From positions 32,001-96,000 of the forward strand of contig CAWCPV010000020.1 of NCBI GenBank assembly GCA_963797555.1: 64,000 nucleotides of DNA. The letters run 5' to 3'. A program made the position numbers and the translations under genes. Source of the stretch: an uncultured Gammaproteobacteria bacterium (GTDB taxonomy: Bacteria > Pseudomonadota > Gammaproteobacteria > CAWCPV01). Below the pieces are notes generated by a model. That model worked only from the letters and a program-made list of their open reading frames with translations, searched no databases and was not told the DNA's origin. Shown in pieces: positions 1-12,399 of the stretch; position 1 is the first letter of the stretch; the number at the start of each line of letters is the position of its first letter.

Positions 1-118
1 CCCGTATCCGGAAGCCAAGCGGTTCGCGGCATCGCCGAGCGTTCCCGAACCGGCGCCCGATCCCGAGCCGATGGCGGCGGCCGGGGCGTGCGGATGACAC
101 GAAGCGCCCGTTTGCCGA

Positions 119-338
119 GAGCTTGTGAAGAAATCGTCGTGAGCGGCGCGAGAGCGAGGCGCACGGAGCGCAGGAACGGGGACATACCCGGTGGACAGGC
201 GGGGAAGCGAGCCGAATGGCAGGATAGCCATTCGGCACGTCCGCGGGACGCCCCAAAACCGGGTCGCGTACAGGGAAGTGCGCCAGAACACCGCGCAACG
301 CCGCTCGCGGGAGGCGCACCAGAGTTATTCACAGGCTC
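119..338. mobile_element. MITE-like element, long variant (TIR GAGCTTGTGAA...TTCACAGGCTC)
   Basis: Ends are inverted repeats matching the copy at 43171-43311. The internal sequence is shared, with an extra internal segment that includes the hairpin GCCGAATGGC-AGGATA-GCCATTCGGC. Confidence 0.7.
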
Positions 339-392
339 TGAGCCAATCCCCTTCTTAGCTGGACGCGATCAGCAACAGCGCTGGGAGGCGAC

Positions 393-2873
393 GTGAGTAT
401 GACGACCAAGCTGGGCACCCGACGTACCGTGAACTGGCGTACTCACCACGGCGCCGATCCAAGGCCGGAGTGCGTGATTTCGCTCGCCCATCTGGGCGCG
501 TCCGACGTGGCTCGGGTAGGGGGAAAAAACGCGTCGCTCGGCGAGATGATCGCACAGCTCGGCTCGGCAGGGGTCCGAGTGCCGGGAGGCTTTGCCACGA
601 CGGCCAAGGTCTACCGGGATTTTCTGGCCCAGGGTGGACTCGACCGCCGCATCTACGCAGTGCTGGACACCTTGGACACAGAGGACGTGAAGGCCTTGGC
701 GGCCAGTGGCGAGGCCATCCGCCAGTGGATCGTGCAGACACCATTTCCGGTGGCGCTGGAAGAGGCGATCGCCGAGGCGTACCAGACCATGCAACTGGCC
801 GTCCCCGGGGGATTCGCCGTGGCCGTGCGCTCCTCGGCGACCGCGGAGGATTTGCCCGAGGCCTCCTTTGCCGGTCAGCAGGAGACTTTCCTCAACGTGC
901 GCGGGCTGCCAGAGACCCTGGCCGCCATCAAGGACGTGTTCGCGTCTCTCTTCAACGACCGAGCCATCGCCTACCGTGTCCACCAGCGCTTCGCCCATCG
1001 CAATGTGGCGCTCTCGGCCGGTGTGCAGCGCATGGTCCGCAGCGACATCGGTGCGAGCGGGGTGATGTTCACCCTGGACACGGAGACCGGGTTCCGTGAC
1101 GCCGTGTTGATTACGGCAAACTATGGGCTAGGCGAAACCGTGGTCCAAGGTCAGGTCAATCCGGACGAGTTCTACGTATACAAGCCGTCTCTCGCCCAGG
1201 GACGCAAGGCGATCCTGCGCCGCCGCCTCGGCGCCAAGGCCATCCGCATGGTCTACAGCAGGACGCTGGGCCACGCCAAGGCCACAGCCGTTGAGTCGGT
1301 GCCCGATGGCGAGCGACTGCTGTTTTGCATTACCGATGCCGAGGTCGAGGAGTTGGCCCGCCAGGCAATCGTTATCGAACAGCACTACGGGTGTCCCATG
1401 GACATCGAGTGGGCGCGGGACGGCGAAGACGGCCGGCTGTACATCCTCCAGGCCCGTCCGGAAACAGTGCAGAGCCGGGCGAGCAGGATGAGCCGGGTGA
1501 TTGAGCACTACCAGCTCAAGGAGAGGTCGCCGGTGTTGTGCAGCGGACGCGCCGTTGGCCAGAGGATCGGCGCGGGCACGGCTCGCGTCATCCTCAACGT
1601 GAAGGAGATGGGGCGGGTGCGAGCAGGCGACGTGCTCGTCACGGATATGACCGACCCGGACTGGGAGCCCGTGATGAAGCGGGCCTCGGCCATCGTCACC
1701 AACCGCGGTGGCCGCACCTGCCATGCTGCCATCATCGCCCGCGAGCTCGGCATACCCGCGGTGGTCGGCTGCGGGGATGCTACGACCGCCGTCGGCGACG
1801 GTGCCGAGGTGACAGTGTCCTGCGCCGAGGGCGACACCGGCTTCATCTACGGAGGCATACTGGGCTTCGAGATTGGACGCACCGAGCTCGACCGGATGCC
1901 CGAGATCCCGGTGAAGATCATGATGAACGTGGGCAGCCCGGAACAGGCATTCGCCTTTGCGGATCTGCCCAATGCGGGGGTCGGACTGGCGCGCGTGGAG
2001 TTCATCATCGCCCGCGCCATCGGCGTGCATCCCCAGGCGCTGCTCGAGTATGACGCCCTGCCGCCGGAACTGCGCGCCGAGATCCACCCACACATCGCAG
2101 CCTATGCAGACCCGGTGAGCTTCTACGTGGAGAAGCTCACCGAAGGTATCGCCACCATCGCAGCGGCCTTTGCGCCGAACCCGGTCATCGTGCGCCTGTC
2201 CGACTTCAAGTCCAACGAATACGCCAACCTGCTGGGGGGCAAACGCTACGAGCCCGACGAGGAAAACCCCATGCTGGGCCTTCGAGGAGCGGGCCGTTAC
2301 GTGGCGGAGTGTTTCCGCCCCAGCTTCGAGCTGGAGTGCCGGGCGCTCAAGAAGGTACGCGAAGACATGGGTCTCACCAACGTGCAGGTCATGGTCCCCT
2401 TCGTGCGCACGGTGGCTCAAGGCAAGGCGGTCGTCGAGGCGCTCGCCGCGAACGGACTACGCCGGGGGGAGGATGGACTCCAGGTCATCATGATGTGCGA
2501 AGTGCCGTCCAATGCCATCCTGGCCGAGCAGTTTCTGGAGTCGTTTGACGGGTTCTCGATCGGCTCCAACGACCTGACACAGCTTACCCTCGGCCTGGAT
2601 CGGGACTCTGCTTTGGTGGCGGATCTGTTCGACGAGCGCGACGATGCGGTCAAGTTCTTGCTGGCCCGCGCCATCCAGGCCTGCCGCACCAAGGGCAAGT
2701 ACGTAGGCATCTGCGGTCAGGGCCCCTCCGACCATCCGGATCTCGCCCTCTGGCTGCTGGAGCAGGGTATCGAGAGCATGTCCCTGAACCCCGATACGGT
2801 CGTCAAGACTTGGCTGTACCTCGCTCAGCAGGCACTCAGCAGCGAGAATATGAGCCGATCCCAGAGCTCGTAA
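393..2873 (+). CDS. ppsA: Phosphoenolpyruvate synthase
   Basis: Motifs [23 protein letters not shown], phospho-His [26 protein letters not shown] and GICGQGPSD. The true start may be slightly downstream. Confidence 0.97.
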   Translation: MSMTTKLGTRRTVNWRTHHGADPRPECVISLAHLGASDVARVGGKNASLGEMIAQLGSAGVRVPGGFATTAKVYRDFLAQGGLDRRIYAVLDTLDTEDVKALAASGEAIRQWIVQTPFPVALEEAIAEAYQTMQLAVPGGFAVAVRSSATAEDLPEASFAGQQETFLNVRGLPETLAAIKDVFASLFNDRAIAYRVHQRFAHRNVALSAGVQRMVRSDIGASGVMFTLDTETGFRDAVLITANYGLGETVVQGQVNPDEFYVYKPSLAQGRKAILRRRLGAKAIRMVYSRTLGHAKATAVESVPDGERLLFCITDAEVEELARQAIVIEQHYGCPMDIEWARDGEDGRLYILQARPETVQSRASRMSRVIEHYQLKERSPVLCSGRAVGQRIGAGTARVILNVKEMGRVRAGDVLVTDMTDPDWEPVMKRASAIVTNRGGRTCHAAIIARELGIPAVVGCGDATTAVGDGAEVTVSCAEGDTGFIYGGILGFEIGRTELDRMPEIPVKIMMNVGSPEQAFAFADLPNAGVGLARVEFIIARAIGVHPQALLEYDALPPELRAEIHPHIAAYADPVSFYVEKLTEGIATIAAAFAPNPVIVRLSDFKSNEYANLLGGKRYEPDEENPMLGLRGAGRYVAECFRPSFELECRALKKVREDMGLTNVQVMVPFVRTVAQGKAVVEALAANGLRRGEDGLQVIMMCEVPSNAILAEQFLESFDGFSIGSNDLTQLTLGLDRDSALVADLFDERDDAVKFLLARAIQACRTKGKYVGICGQGPSDHPDLALWLLEQGIESMSLNPDTVVKTWLYLAQQALSSENMSRSQSS

Positions 2874-3002
2874 AGAAGCTGTCGCGAGCGGCCCGCGGGC
2901 AAGGCGCGCGGAGCGCAGCGACAAGGCGGATCAGGCAGGCGAGGAGCGAGCACCGCCTAGCGCGCCGCGACCGGGACGCACAGCAGATCTGCTCACAAGC
3001 TC
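2864..3002. mobile_element. MITE-like element, diverged copy overlapping the ppsA stop codon
   Basis: GAGCTCGTAAA...CTCACAAGCTC ends; the interior (gcgagcggccc, ggagcgcagcgac, ggcgaggagcgagcaccg) aligns with 43171-43311. Confidence 0.65.
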
Positions 3003-3206
3003 AGCGTGAGCTGCGCCTCCGCAACGCCGTTTCCTCAGATGCACCGACGTGCGGTCCCCGGGTGTGCCGGAGAACAGGTGCAGGATCTCCTCGCACCCCT
3101 GCTGGGGTATGAACGAGATCTGTCGCGGCCTGCGGATCTTCGGTAAGCTTGGCGTCGGGGACGCGACGGCAAGGGTCGCCGCCGGGGGCCCCACGGGAGG
3201 GCGTGT

Positions 3207-4495
<1,289 letters not shown>

Positions 4496-4503
4496 AGCCC
4501 TCG

Positions 4504-4590
4504 GAGCTTGTGCAGAAATCCCTCGCCGAGCGGCCCGAGAGCAACGACGAGACCAATCCGGTCGATAGGGGGAGTGAGCAGCGCGTCTCG
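4504..4590. repeat. Partial MITE-like copy just after gltA
   Basis: GAGCTTGTGCAGAAATC...GAGCGGCCCGAGAGCAA...CGACGAGAC matches the left half of 43171-43311. Confidence 0.55.
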
Positions 4591-4890
4591 CCCAGCGTGG
4601 CACTCCTGCCCCTGCTGCGCCCTCGCGGCATCGTCCGACGACGCCCCCCAGACACACCGCCCGATTCACGCCTGAAACCGCCGACCCCACTGCTCGCATT
4701 CGTGCAGAGGCGCCCCGGCCTCCAGACTCTGTCGCTCCGACTCGCATCCCACCGCCTCAACGTCGGATTGTTGCGAATTGGCAACCTAATGTTGCTGGCG
4801 GGGCTTCCGCCGACTACAATACAACTATCCAGCGGACCGCCAAATTCGGTAGGAGAAGCTGGGGATCAGGACCGTTCGGAGGAAAGTGCC

Positions 4891-5046
4891 ATGTATAAGG
4901 TGTATGGTCTGGGCTACACTGGGTCCCAACACGTGCCGCTGCCGATCGACTATGTCGTATGGGCCACGGGCTACGAGGATGCCATCCGAAAAGTGTGTCA
5001 GCTCGGCATCGTGGTAATCCAGTGTACTGTGGAGGCCATCGGCTAG
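4891..5046 (+). CDS. Small hypothetical protein (51 aa)
   Basis: GGAGG RBS before the ATG at 4891; protein-like composition (MYKVYGLGY...). Confidence 0.45.
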   Translation: MYKVYGLGYTGSQHVPLPIDYVVWATGYEDAIRKVCQLGIVVIQCTVEAIG

Positions 5047-5311
5047 AACGGATCCGGCTGATGGACTCTTTCCCCTCCTGCGCTGCACACGGATGCAAGA
5101 GCTAGGCTAGCGGAGAAAGTACTCTGCGGCTGACTCAACGCCGGGATCGAGGGCCGAGCTTGATCCCGTTCCCGCGGCACCCCGGCGAGCCTGCAACTCC
5201 GTCGCTCCTTGACCGGTCCACTGCGCCTGTGTGTGGCCGGTGGAAAATCCCCACTCCGCTCGGCCCCCGCCGGTCCCGCAGGGTTCCGGTCGGTCCGCAA
5301 TTGGGAGGTCA

Positions 5312-5428
5312 ATGATGTTCTCATTCGATGGTCTAACCATGGTGGGCATCGCCGTGGCAGTGCTCGTGACTATTGTCGTAGGCTGCTGCAGTCACCCGAA
5401 GTGTCCGTTCTGTAACAACGCGGAATAA
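5312..5428 (+). CDS. Small membrane peptide with a Cys-rich tail (38 aa)
   Basis: GGGAGG RBS; hydrophobic stretch VGIAVAVLVTIVV followed by CCSHPKCPFC. Confidence 0.45.
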   Translation: MMFSFDGLTMVGIAVAVLVTIVVGCCSHPKCPFCNNAE

Positions 5429-5727
5429 TGGCGCGCTGATAGCGACCAGGTTTCTCAGCGCCCCGGGCTTGTCTTGCCGGCAGGCGCGGTGGGCGCCAAA
5501 GTCACTTTGGGTCAGTAATCAGGGCGCCCGGCCCTTCCGCGACAGCCTGAGCAGTTGCGCCGAGGCATCTACCGGGGCCTGACGGATGCGGCAACTCCCG
5601 GACCGACCGGCTTCAAAGGGGCGGTGTGATTCCAAGAACAGGTCCGGGTGCAGGCGTCCCAGCCGGGAACCAGTGACTCAGTCTGTGCTACTCTGCGACA
5701 TGAATCTGCGGCAAGGACGGTGCATGA

Positions 5728-6012
5728 ATGAGCGAGTACGGCGGTGGCTACCTTGACTTGACTGAGGAGATGGCGTCTCTGCTCGTAAAGCTGACTGAAG
5801 CACTACCAGCAGATGCCACAGAGTCTCAACGAGAGCGATGGGCTCAAATGCGCAAGCTATGGATGCAAGATCTCCGCAAGCTCTGGAATAGCAGGGATAA
5901 AGGCGAAATCTCCAGACTCTGGGAGAAGCTCGGAGGCGATCCGCAGATCTTGGCTAACTTATGTGCAGATCCGACCGAAGCCGAGCAATGGATGCGGCCC
6001 GGTTCGGCCTAA
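5728..6012 (+). CDS. Hypothetical helical protein (94 aa)
   Basis: ATG-started ORF with protein-like composition; no recognised family. Confidence 0.5.
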   Translation: MSEYGGGYLDLTEEMASLLVKLTEALPADATESQRERWAQMRKLWMQDLRKLWNSRDKGEISRLWEKLGGDPQILANLCADPTEAEQWMRPGSA

Positions 6013-6538
6013 CGGAGATTGCTGCTTGGAACCAGCGGTGGTCGCCTCGCACGGCTGCTGACGGACGCTGGTGAGGTGTCGACGCCGGGTTGTCCGTCGG
6101 AAGACCTCGGACTTCACGGATTGTTGGCTCAGCCGACCTCGAGTTCTGAGTGCTTAATAAAAATCTGCTGCGCGTTCCAATAGGGGCGTTGGGCAGCGCT
6201 CACTCCTCGCCGATCTACTGGACATGTCTCGTCGTTGCGCTCCGTACACGGTGATCTCAGGCCGCTCGGGACGATTTCTCCGTAAGCTCTGAGCCTCGCA
6301 GCGCACTTGAATCGGCTGGCCACGGATCACCGACAACCTGTCAGCGCCACCCGAGGCAGCAGGGTAATGACCACCCGCGAGGAGGAAGGCGCGGCAATCC
6401 TGGGAGGCGGTCTCAGAAAACCAACACGCCGCCGGAGGGCGCCAATCCAGCGACTGTTCGTCTTCGGAGATAGCCAGCCCAGTCTTACGTCTGCAAATAC
6501 GGCAAGCACTGCAGTAACATAGCAAGAATCCGCGCGAG

Positions 6539-7159
6539 GTGAGTGGTGTGGCTAGCTCTGCAGGGGGCAACGTGACGACGCTACGGGAGACTATCCCGCT
6601 GCGTAAGCGGAAGATTCTGAAAAAGCTCTTCACATCCGCCGCGCGGCCGGTCCTCCCGTGGGCTGTCCTGCTGCTGTCGGCCCTGGGGTTCTTCTACATC
6701 GATCCCGGTAAGCTACCGCCCGCGTTGGCGGCTCATAAACCCGGGCTGTGGGCGCTTTGGCTCTCCCTAGCGGCGGTCCTCGTGCTCTGGAACCCCGTCT
6801 ATCAGGTGCTTTACTTCATTCGCTATTTCTATGACATTCAGGGGAGCAATATCGTCATCCGCAAAGGGGTGCTCACACGCCGGGAGATCACGTTGCCCTT
6901 CTCTCGCATCACGGATGTCTACGTAGACCAGGACTTCTTTGATGTCTTGTTTGGGCTCTATGACGTGCACATCTCGACCCCCACGCAGCAATCGGGTCTT
7001 TTCGCTCACATCGACGGCGTGGACAGGCAGGGCAGCGCCCGGCTGCGCCAGCTGATCCTCGACGCCATCAGCAAGACGGAGGGAGCTGAGGCGCGAGGGG
7101 TTGCCGTGGCTGCTGCGTTCCAGCCTCCTGCAGGTGAATCGCCTGCGCGGGATTATTGA
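6539..7159 (+). CDS. Membrane protein with a bacterial PH domain (YdbS/bPH_2-like)
   Basis: Two TM segments, then YDIQGSNIVIRKGVL...LPFSRITDVYVDQDFFDVLFGLYDVHIST. Confidence 0.8.
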   Translation: MSGVASSAGGNVTTLRETIPLRKRKILKKLFTSAARPVLPWAVLLLSALGFFYIDPGKLPPALAAHKPGLWALWLSLAAVLVLWNPVYQVLYFIRYFYDIQGSNIVIRKGVLTRREITLPFSRITDVYVDQDFFDVLFGLYDVHISTPTQQSGLFAHIDGVDRQGSARLRQLILDAISKTEGAEARGVAVAAAFQPPAGESPARDY

Positions 7160-7406
7160 GACGGCAGTGCGAGGTAGCGCCAGGGTTTGTCGTGCGCACT
7201 CTCGGCCCTTGAACGGCCGGCCAACAAGAGCATGAGAAAGGCGAGCGGGATCCCTTGAGCGCTGGGTTCAGCCATATTCCTCCGCGACAGCCTGCTTGCC
7301 CCCCACACTCAAGAACATGTTCGTTTGCCGATGCGTTCGGGCTTGATCCTGCACGTCTCCGAGTCCCTCCGGGGTCTGGCAGGGGATTCCAGCCCGTGCT
7401 CCTGTC

Positions 7407-9971
7407 TTAGGCCCATGGCGTTTTCTCTTCGCTTTCCAGCTTTTGTACCCGATCCTCCAACTTGCGGTGCTTTTCCTGCAGTTCTTCGAGCTGCTTCTGG
7501 AGCGCGGCCTGCCGCGGCGGCTTTTCGGCACGCAAGGTCTGTAGGATGCGGTCGACCTCCACCTGCTCCTGCACCGAGAGCGAACGGCGGTAGCGCTCGA
7601 GCTGTCCGGTGGCCTCTCGCGCCTCCACGGTCTTGAGTCCGTTGGCGGCGGCTTTGCGGACTCGCGGCTCGGGGTCGCGCAGCAGGTCCAGCAGTTGTTC
7701 CACTACCGGCTCGCGTCCCGGTTTCTCCTGTACGGTCCCAATGTCCGCAAGCGCCCCGACAGCGGCCGGCCGCGCGCGCTGGGGCAGGCACCCATAGCCG
7801 ACCTTCGCAAGCAGCATATCGAGCGCCTCCCGGCGCCGGGTGGCGGCCAAGCCCCGGAGGGCTCCCGACTGGCCGAAGCCGCTCCAGTCGGCCCGCTCCG
7901 CTGCTTCGCGCAGCACCGCCCAGGGAGCGTCCTGGCGCTGTGCTCCCAACGCCTCGTAGGCGGCCTGACTCGCACGGTAGGGCAAGCCAATCTGCAGACG
8001 CCCCAGGACGGCCTCCCCTATCCGCCGGTCCCGATACTTCCCGGCCGCGCGCATCACCGCTTCCAGCACGCGGGGGTCTTGCTCCTCCCGAATCATCTCG
8101 TGGATAGCCTCCACGGCCGGCTCCAATCCGGCGTCTCCGAGGGCCTTGGCCATCTGCTCGCGCACCCCCCAGAAGCGCTCGGTGCGATACGCCGCCGCAA
8201 CGGCCTCGATGTTGCCACGCTTGCCGCTCTTGACCAGCTCGCGGGCCGCGAGGATGCGCCCGATGACGTCGGGCGCGTCCGTCAACTGTTTTTTCAGCAT
8301 GGGGTCCCCGGGATTGAAGTCGAGCTTGTGGAGCATCTTGCATCGCGGGTCGAAGCGCACCTGCTCGGGGCGCACCGCCATGGGGATCGTGAACGTCTGA
8401 CGCGGCTGGCGAACCTCCACGGGCAGCACCTGTAGCTCACCTTCTGACACCCAGCCCAGCTCGGTGGAGAGATCGAAGGCAGGTACCCCCTTCTCCTTGT
8501 CTACCTGGGTCTGCTCGACCTCGAAGGTGCCGGCCTTCTTCTCCTCGTCGTAGCTGAACGTCACTTTGAGCGCCGGGTAGCCTGGGGTGAAGAACCACTG
8601 GTCGAACAACTTCCCGAGGGAGCGCCCGGAATGCTCCTCCAGCACTCGCCGGAAATCGTCCGTCTCCACCACCTGCCCGGCATGGCGGCCCAGGTAGTCG
8701 CGCACCGCTGTCCAGAATGTCTCGTCCCCCAGCAGACAGCGTAACGTGTGGAGACGGCAGGCGCCGCCCGGGTAGAGGTGGCGGTCGTACATCTGCCAGG
8801 ACGACTTGAACTGGCGCGTGACGATGGGGCGGCGGTAGCGCTCGTCAGCTTCGGTGAAGTAGGCCTGAGCGTTGCGGTGGAAATCGCAGAGCTTCTCGTC
8901 TTCCCCATAACGGTGCTCCAGCCAGCACTGCTCCATGTAGGTCGCCCAGGATTCCTTCAGCCAGGCATGGGCGAAGTCGCGGATCACGACCAAGTCGCCG
9001 AAATAACTGTGGGCCATCTCGTGGACGTTGACCTGGTCCACCAGCCACCCCCACTCCTCGGCCAGCCTCTCATCCAGTACAAAGATGTCATCCCAGCTGA
9101 CCAGCGAGATGTTCTCCATGGCGCCGCCGAAGCCGGGCAGCGCGAACTGGTAGTACTTCGGAAATGGAAAGGGCAGGGCCAGCTTGTCCGTCATCCATGC
9201 CAGCATGTCCTTGGTGCGCCCGAAGGTACGCTGCAGATGCTCGGGGGTGAAGCGGCGGGTGGCGAAGTAGGCGACCGGGATGCCCTGGAATTCGCCGTCG
9301 TCGTAACGCACGAAGTCGCCGATGGCGAAGCACACCAGATAGCTGGGGCAGCGCTGTTCCAGCCGCCAGCAGGCAGTCTTGGTGCCATCGCCGTGGTCGG
9401 TCTCTTCGAGCAGCTTGCCGTTGGCCAAGACGGTGAAGCGGCTGTTGGCCCGCAGGCGCAGCTCGAGAGTGGTACGCACGCTGGGCAGGTCCACGCACGG
9501 CAGCCAATGACGGGCGCGCTCGGTCTCGTGGTCGGTGGCAGCGAACCAGGGCGCGTCCGGGTAGGCATCGGTCGGCTTGGAGAAGAACAGGCCGCTCGCC
9601 GGCTTGACTACCCGATAGCTCAGCGCGAGCTTGCGGTCCTCGCCGCTGGCAAACGGTTCCTCCCAGACGACACTCAGCGTCTCGCCGTCGTAATGGTAGG
9701 ACAGCGGCCGACCATCAACGTCCCGCGCCGAGAGCTCCAGCAGGTCCACCGCATGGAGCTTGAGGGTGCGCGGGCCGCTCCGGCGGCTGACCACCGTGGT
9801 GACCACCGAGCCTTCGGCCTTCTGACCCTCCAGGTCGACATGCAGCTCAACGTCCAGGTGTCGCGGCTCGATCTCCAGATCCGGCGGGTAATGCGTCGGG
9901 GCGTCCGGGCCGGAGAACTCTGTGGGCGTGGCGGCGGGCTGGCAGACCTGATGCTCGTCGAGAAGCGGCAT
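7407..9971 (-). CDS. M1 family zinc aminopeptidase with C-terminal HEAT repeats and coiled coil
   Basis: GAMEN motif and HEMAH-x18-E (WLKE); HEAT-like repeats at the C-terminus. Confidence 0.92.
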   Translation of the reverse strand: MPLLDEHQVCQPAATPTEFSGPDAPTHYPPDLEIEPRHLDVELHVDLEGQKAEGSVVTTVVSRRSGPRTLKLHAVDLLELSARDVDGRPLSYHYDGETLSVVWEEPFASGEDRKLALSYRVVKPASGLFFSKPTDAYPDAPWFAATDHETERARHWLPCVDLPSVRTTLELRLRANSRFTVLANGKLLEETDHGDGTKTACWRLEQRCPSYLVCFAIGDFVRYDDGEFQGIPVAYFATRRFTPEHLQRTFGRTKDMLAWMTDKLALPFPFPKYYQFALPGFGGAMENISLVSWDDIFVLDERLAEEWGWLVDQVNVHEMAHSYFGDLVVIRDFAHAWLKESWATYMEQCWLEHRYGEDEKLCDFHRNAQAYFTEADERYRRPIVTRQFKSSWQMYDRHLYPGGACRLHTLRCLLGDETFWTAVRDYLGRHAGQVVETDDFRRVLEEHSGRSLGKLFDQWFFTPGYPALKVTFSYDEEKKAGTFEVEQTQVDKEKGVPAFDLSTELGWVSEGELQVLPVEVRQPRQTFTIPMAVRPEQVRFDPRCKMLHKLDFNPGDPMLKKQLTDAPDVIGRILAARELVKSGKRGNIEAVAAAYRTERFWGVREQMAKALGDAGLEPAVEAIHEMIREEQDPRVLEAVMRAAGKYRDRRIGEAVLGRLQIGLPYRASQAAYEALGAQRQDAPWAVLREAAERADWSGFGQSGALRGLAATRRREALDMLLAKVGYGCLPQRARPAAVGALADIGTVQEKPGREPVVEQLLDLLRDPEPRVRKAAANGLKTVEAREATGQLERYRRSLSVQEQVEVDRILQTLRAEKPPRQAALQKQLEELQEKHRKLEDRVQKLESEEKTPWA

Positions 9972-10161
9972 GATTTTGTTTCCCTGCGTGGGTGCGGCTC
10001 TATTGTCACCCCGTGCGGCGAAGGGTTGGAAGCATGACAGCCGGGCCTTCAGCAACCGTGTAGCGGTCGACGCAGGGGAAGTACCACGTCGTCGTCACCC
10101 ATCGCACCGCGAGCGGCCTTCGAGGCGGCGCGGCAACGTCTCCCGTTTGCTTGCGCTGATG

Positions 10162-10180
10162 AATGATAACGATTATCATT
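10162..10180. promoter_or_regulatory. Fur box
   Basis: AATGATAACGATTATCATT is a near-perfect match to the 7-1-7 TGATAATnATTATCA motif, about 50 bp upstream of iron-uptake genes. Confidence 0.88.
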
Positions 10181-10228
10181 GCTGACGTGTTCTGCCCCGT
10201 TCAAACCAGCTCACCAAGGTGATAGCTC

Positions 10229-10561
10229 ATGAAACCCGTCAGGCATCTGCTCCTCTCGGTCGCATTCCCGGCCCTGCTGTCCTTGTCCGCCCACGCTGAT
10301 GACTCCTACGCCCTGGCCATCAAGGACCATCGTTTCGACCCTGTCGAACTGGTCGTACCCGCCGGACAGAAAGTCAAGCTGCGAATCCTGAACCGCGATG
10401 GCACTCCAGAAGAGTTCGAGAGCTACGAGTTGAACCGAGAAAAGATCATTCCCGGCGGGCAGGAGGCCGTTGTGTTCATCGGTCCGCTGGATGCGGGCCG
10501 CTACTCCTTCTTCGGCGACTTCAATCGGGACACGGCCAACGGCGTCATCATCGCCAAGTGA
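10229..10561 (+). CDS. Periplasmic cupredoxin-domain protein (EfeO-cupredoxin/FtrB-like)
   Basis: Signal peptide (AHA), F.P..L.VPAG, EEFES, EKII, GPL..G.Y.FFGDF; lies next to FTR1. Confidence 0.88.
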   Translation: MKPVRHLLLSVAFPALLSLSAHADDSYALAIKDHRFDPVELVVPAGQKVKLRILNRDGTPEEFESYELNREKIIPGGQEAVVFIGPLDAGRYSFFGDFNRDTANGVIIAK

Positions 10562-10581
10562 CTACCGGAGAGATTCAGTCC

Positions 10582-12147
10582 ATGTTCGCTACCGCTCTGA
10601 TCGTATTTCGCGAAACGCTGGAGGCAGCCCTGATCGTCGGTATTGTGATGGCGGCCACGCGGGGCGCCGCGGGTCGGGGCCGCTGGGTCGGTGCCGGCAT
10701 CGTGGCAGGCACGGCCGGTGCGGCCGCCGTTGCTGCCTTCGCAGACGCCATCGCCACAGCCGTCTCGGGTATGGGTCAGGAACTCTTGAATGCTTGTGTG
10801 CTGTTCACCGCGGTGACCATGCTGGGCTGGCACAACGTCTGGATGAAACAGCACGGCCGCGAGCTAGCGGCCCGAATCAGTGGCATCGGGCGCGGCGTGG
10901 TGGAGGGGTCTCGGCCGCTGTATGCCCTCGCGGTCGTCGTGGGGCTTGCGCTCCTCAGGGAGGGATCGGAGGTCGTGCTGTTCCTCTACGGTGTCGTCTC
11001 ATCCCAGCGGGCCGGCACCCTGCCAATGCTCGCGGGCGGTATCATCGGGCTTGGGGGCGGTACCGCGGCGGGGTTTGCGATGTATCGGGGCCTGCTGCGC
11101 ATCCCAGCGCGTCATCTGTTCACGGTGACAGCGTGGATGATCCTCCTGCTCGCGGCGGGCATGGCGGCCCAGGGCGCCCGTTACCTGGTTCAGGCGGGCG
11201 TCCTTCCGCCGCTCGGCACGGCTCTTTGGAACACGTCGGCATTACTGCCCGAGCAAAGCCTGCCGGGACAGATCCTGCATGTATTGGTCGGCTACATGGC
11301 GCGTCCGGACGGCGTCCAAGTGCTGTTCTACACGGTCACATTGGTTCTGATAGGTGGGCTGATGAAGTGGAGCGGCCGGCGGACTGCGCGCCCGGCAGCG
11401 GCGCAGGCCGCCGCGATCGCGGTCTTGGTCTGCGGCGCGCTGACGTTGGGCGCTCCGCCCGAGGCACGGGCGAACTGCAAAGTGTACTCACCGCACGTCG
11501 AGACGGGTGAGCTGGAGTTGGAAGCGCGCGAGTGCCTGCTTCAGGATAGTAACCCCGAGGAAAGCGGTATCCGAACGGATACGTACGAGGTCGGTTACGG
11601 CTTTACCGATTGGTGGTCCTCGACCGCGGTGTTCGAGTACACGAACGAAGGAGAGGAAGGCTACCACCCGGCGGTGAGGGGGTGGGAGAACATTTTCCAG
11701 CTCACCGAGCCAGGCCGGTACTGGATGGACCTGGGCCTGTATCTGGAGTACGAGTGGGCCGTAGCTCATGACGAGTCGGACGGGGTCGAGGCGAAGATCC
11801 TCCTGGAGAAAAGTGTCGGTCGCTGGACGAATACCGCCAACGTCATCTTCGAGCGGCCGGTCGGCGGCGGCGCCGGCAACGACGTGGCGGTCAGCTACGC
11901 TTGGCGGACGCGCTATCGGTGGAGGCCCGAGTTCGAGCCTGCCATCGAGGCCTTTGGAGGGATCGGGAACACCGGCAACTTCGGGTTTAGCGGTCAATCC
12001 CAGACCCTCGGGCCCGTGGTCCTGGGTAAGGTCCGTCTCAACTCCAGGATGACGCTGGGCTATGAGGCGGGGTATCTCTTCGGTCTGACTTCCGGGAGTC
12101 CAGACGGAACCTTCAAATGGCTGCTGGAGCTGGAAGCGCGGATATGA
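10582..12147 (+). CDS. FTR1/EfeU-type iron permease fused to a probable outer-membrane beta-barrel domain
   Basis: Two RExxE motifs (RETLE, REGSE) and about 7 TM segments. An internal signal-like segment ends in ARA, followed by about 220 aa of aromatic/Gly-rich amphipathic beta strands. Confidence 0.85.
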   Translation: MFATALIVFRETLEAALIVGIVMAATRGAAGRGRWVGAGIVAGTAGAAAVAAFADAIATAVSGMGQELLNACVLFTAVTMLGWHNVWMKQHGRELAARISGIGRGVVEGSRPLYALAVVVGLALLREGSEVVLFLYGVVSSQRAGTLPMLAGGIIGLGGGTAAGFAMYRGLLRIPARHLFTVTAWMILLLAAGMAAQGARYLVQAGVLPPLGTALWNTSALLPEQSLPGQILHVLVGYMARPDGVQVLFYTVTLVLIGGLMKWSGRRTARPAAAQAAAIAVLVCGALTLGAPPEARANCKVYSPHVETGELELEARECLLQDSNPEESGIRTDTYEVGYGFTDWWSSTAVFEYTNEGEEGYHPAVRGWENIFQLTEPGRYWMDLGLYLEYEWAVAHDESDGVEAKILLEKSVGRWTNTANVIFERPVGGGAGNDVAVSYAWRTRYRWRPEFEPAIEAFGGIGNTGNFGFSGQSQTLGPVVLGKVRLNSRMTLGYEAGYLFGLTSGSPDGTFKWLLELEARI

Positions 12148-12399
12148 GTCCCCCGCAAGGGCTCGCCGAGGAGCGCATCGCCCACCACAGGCTTTTCTCG
12201 CTGCAGCGTGTGGGCGGGTTTGACTTTTGGTGACCGGTTGCCTGCTCGCCGGCATCGCAGAATGCTTCCACGGACTTGGCCATGACGCCTTGTGGTCGCG
12301 CCGCAGCGCCTCGTTCAGGAAGGCGGCCCCCTCGTCCGGATCCACGGTCTCGCTGCGCGCCAGAGCGGAAGGTTGGGACTCCGGGAGCGCCCGGAGCCC

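Noticed and set aside
4779-4796. Sigma-54-like TGGCA...TTGC
   Set aside because: The GG-to-GC spacing is 12 nt, not the required 10.
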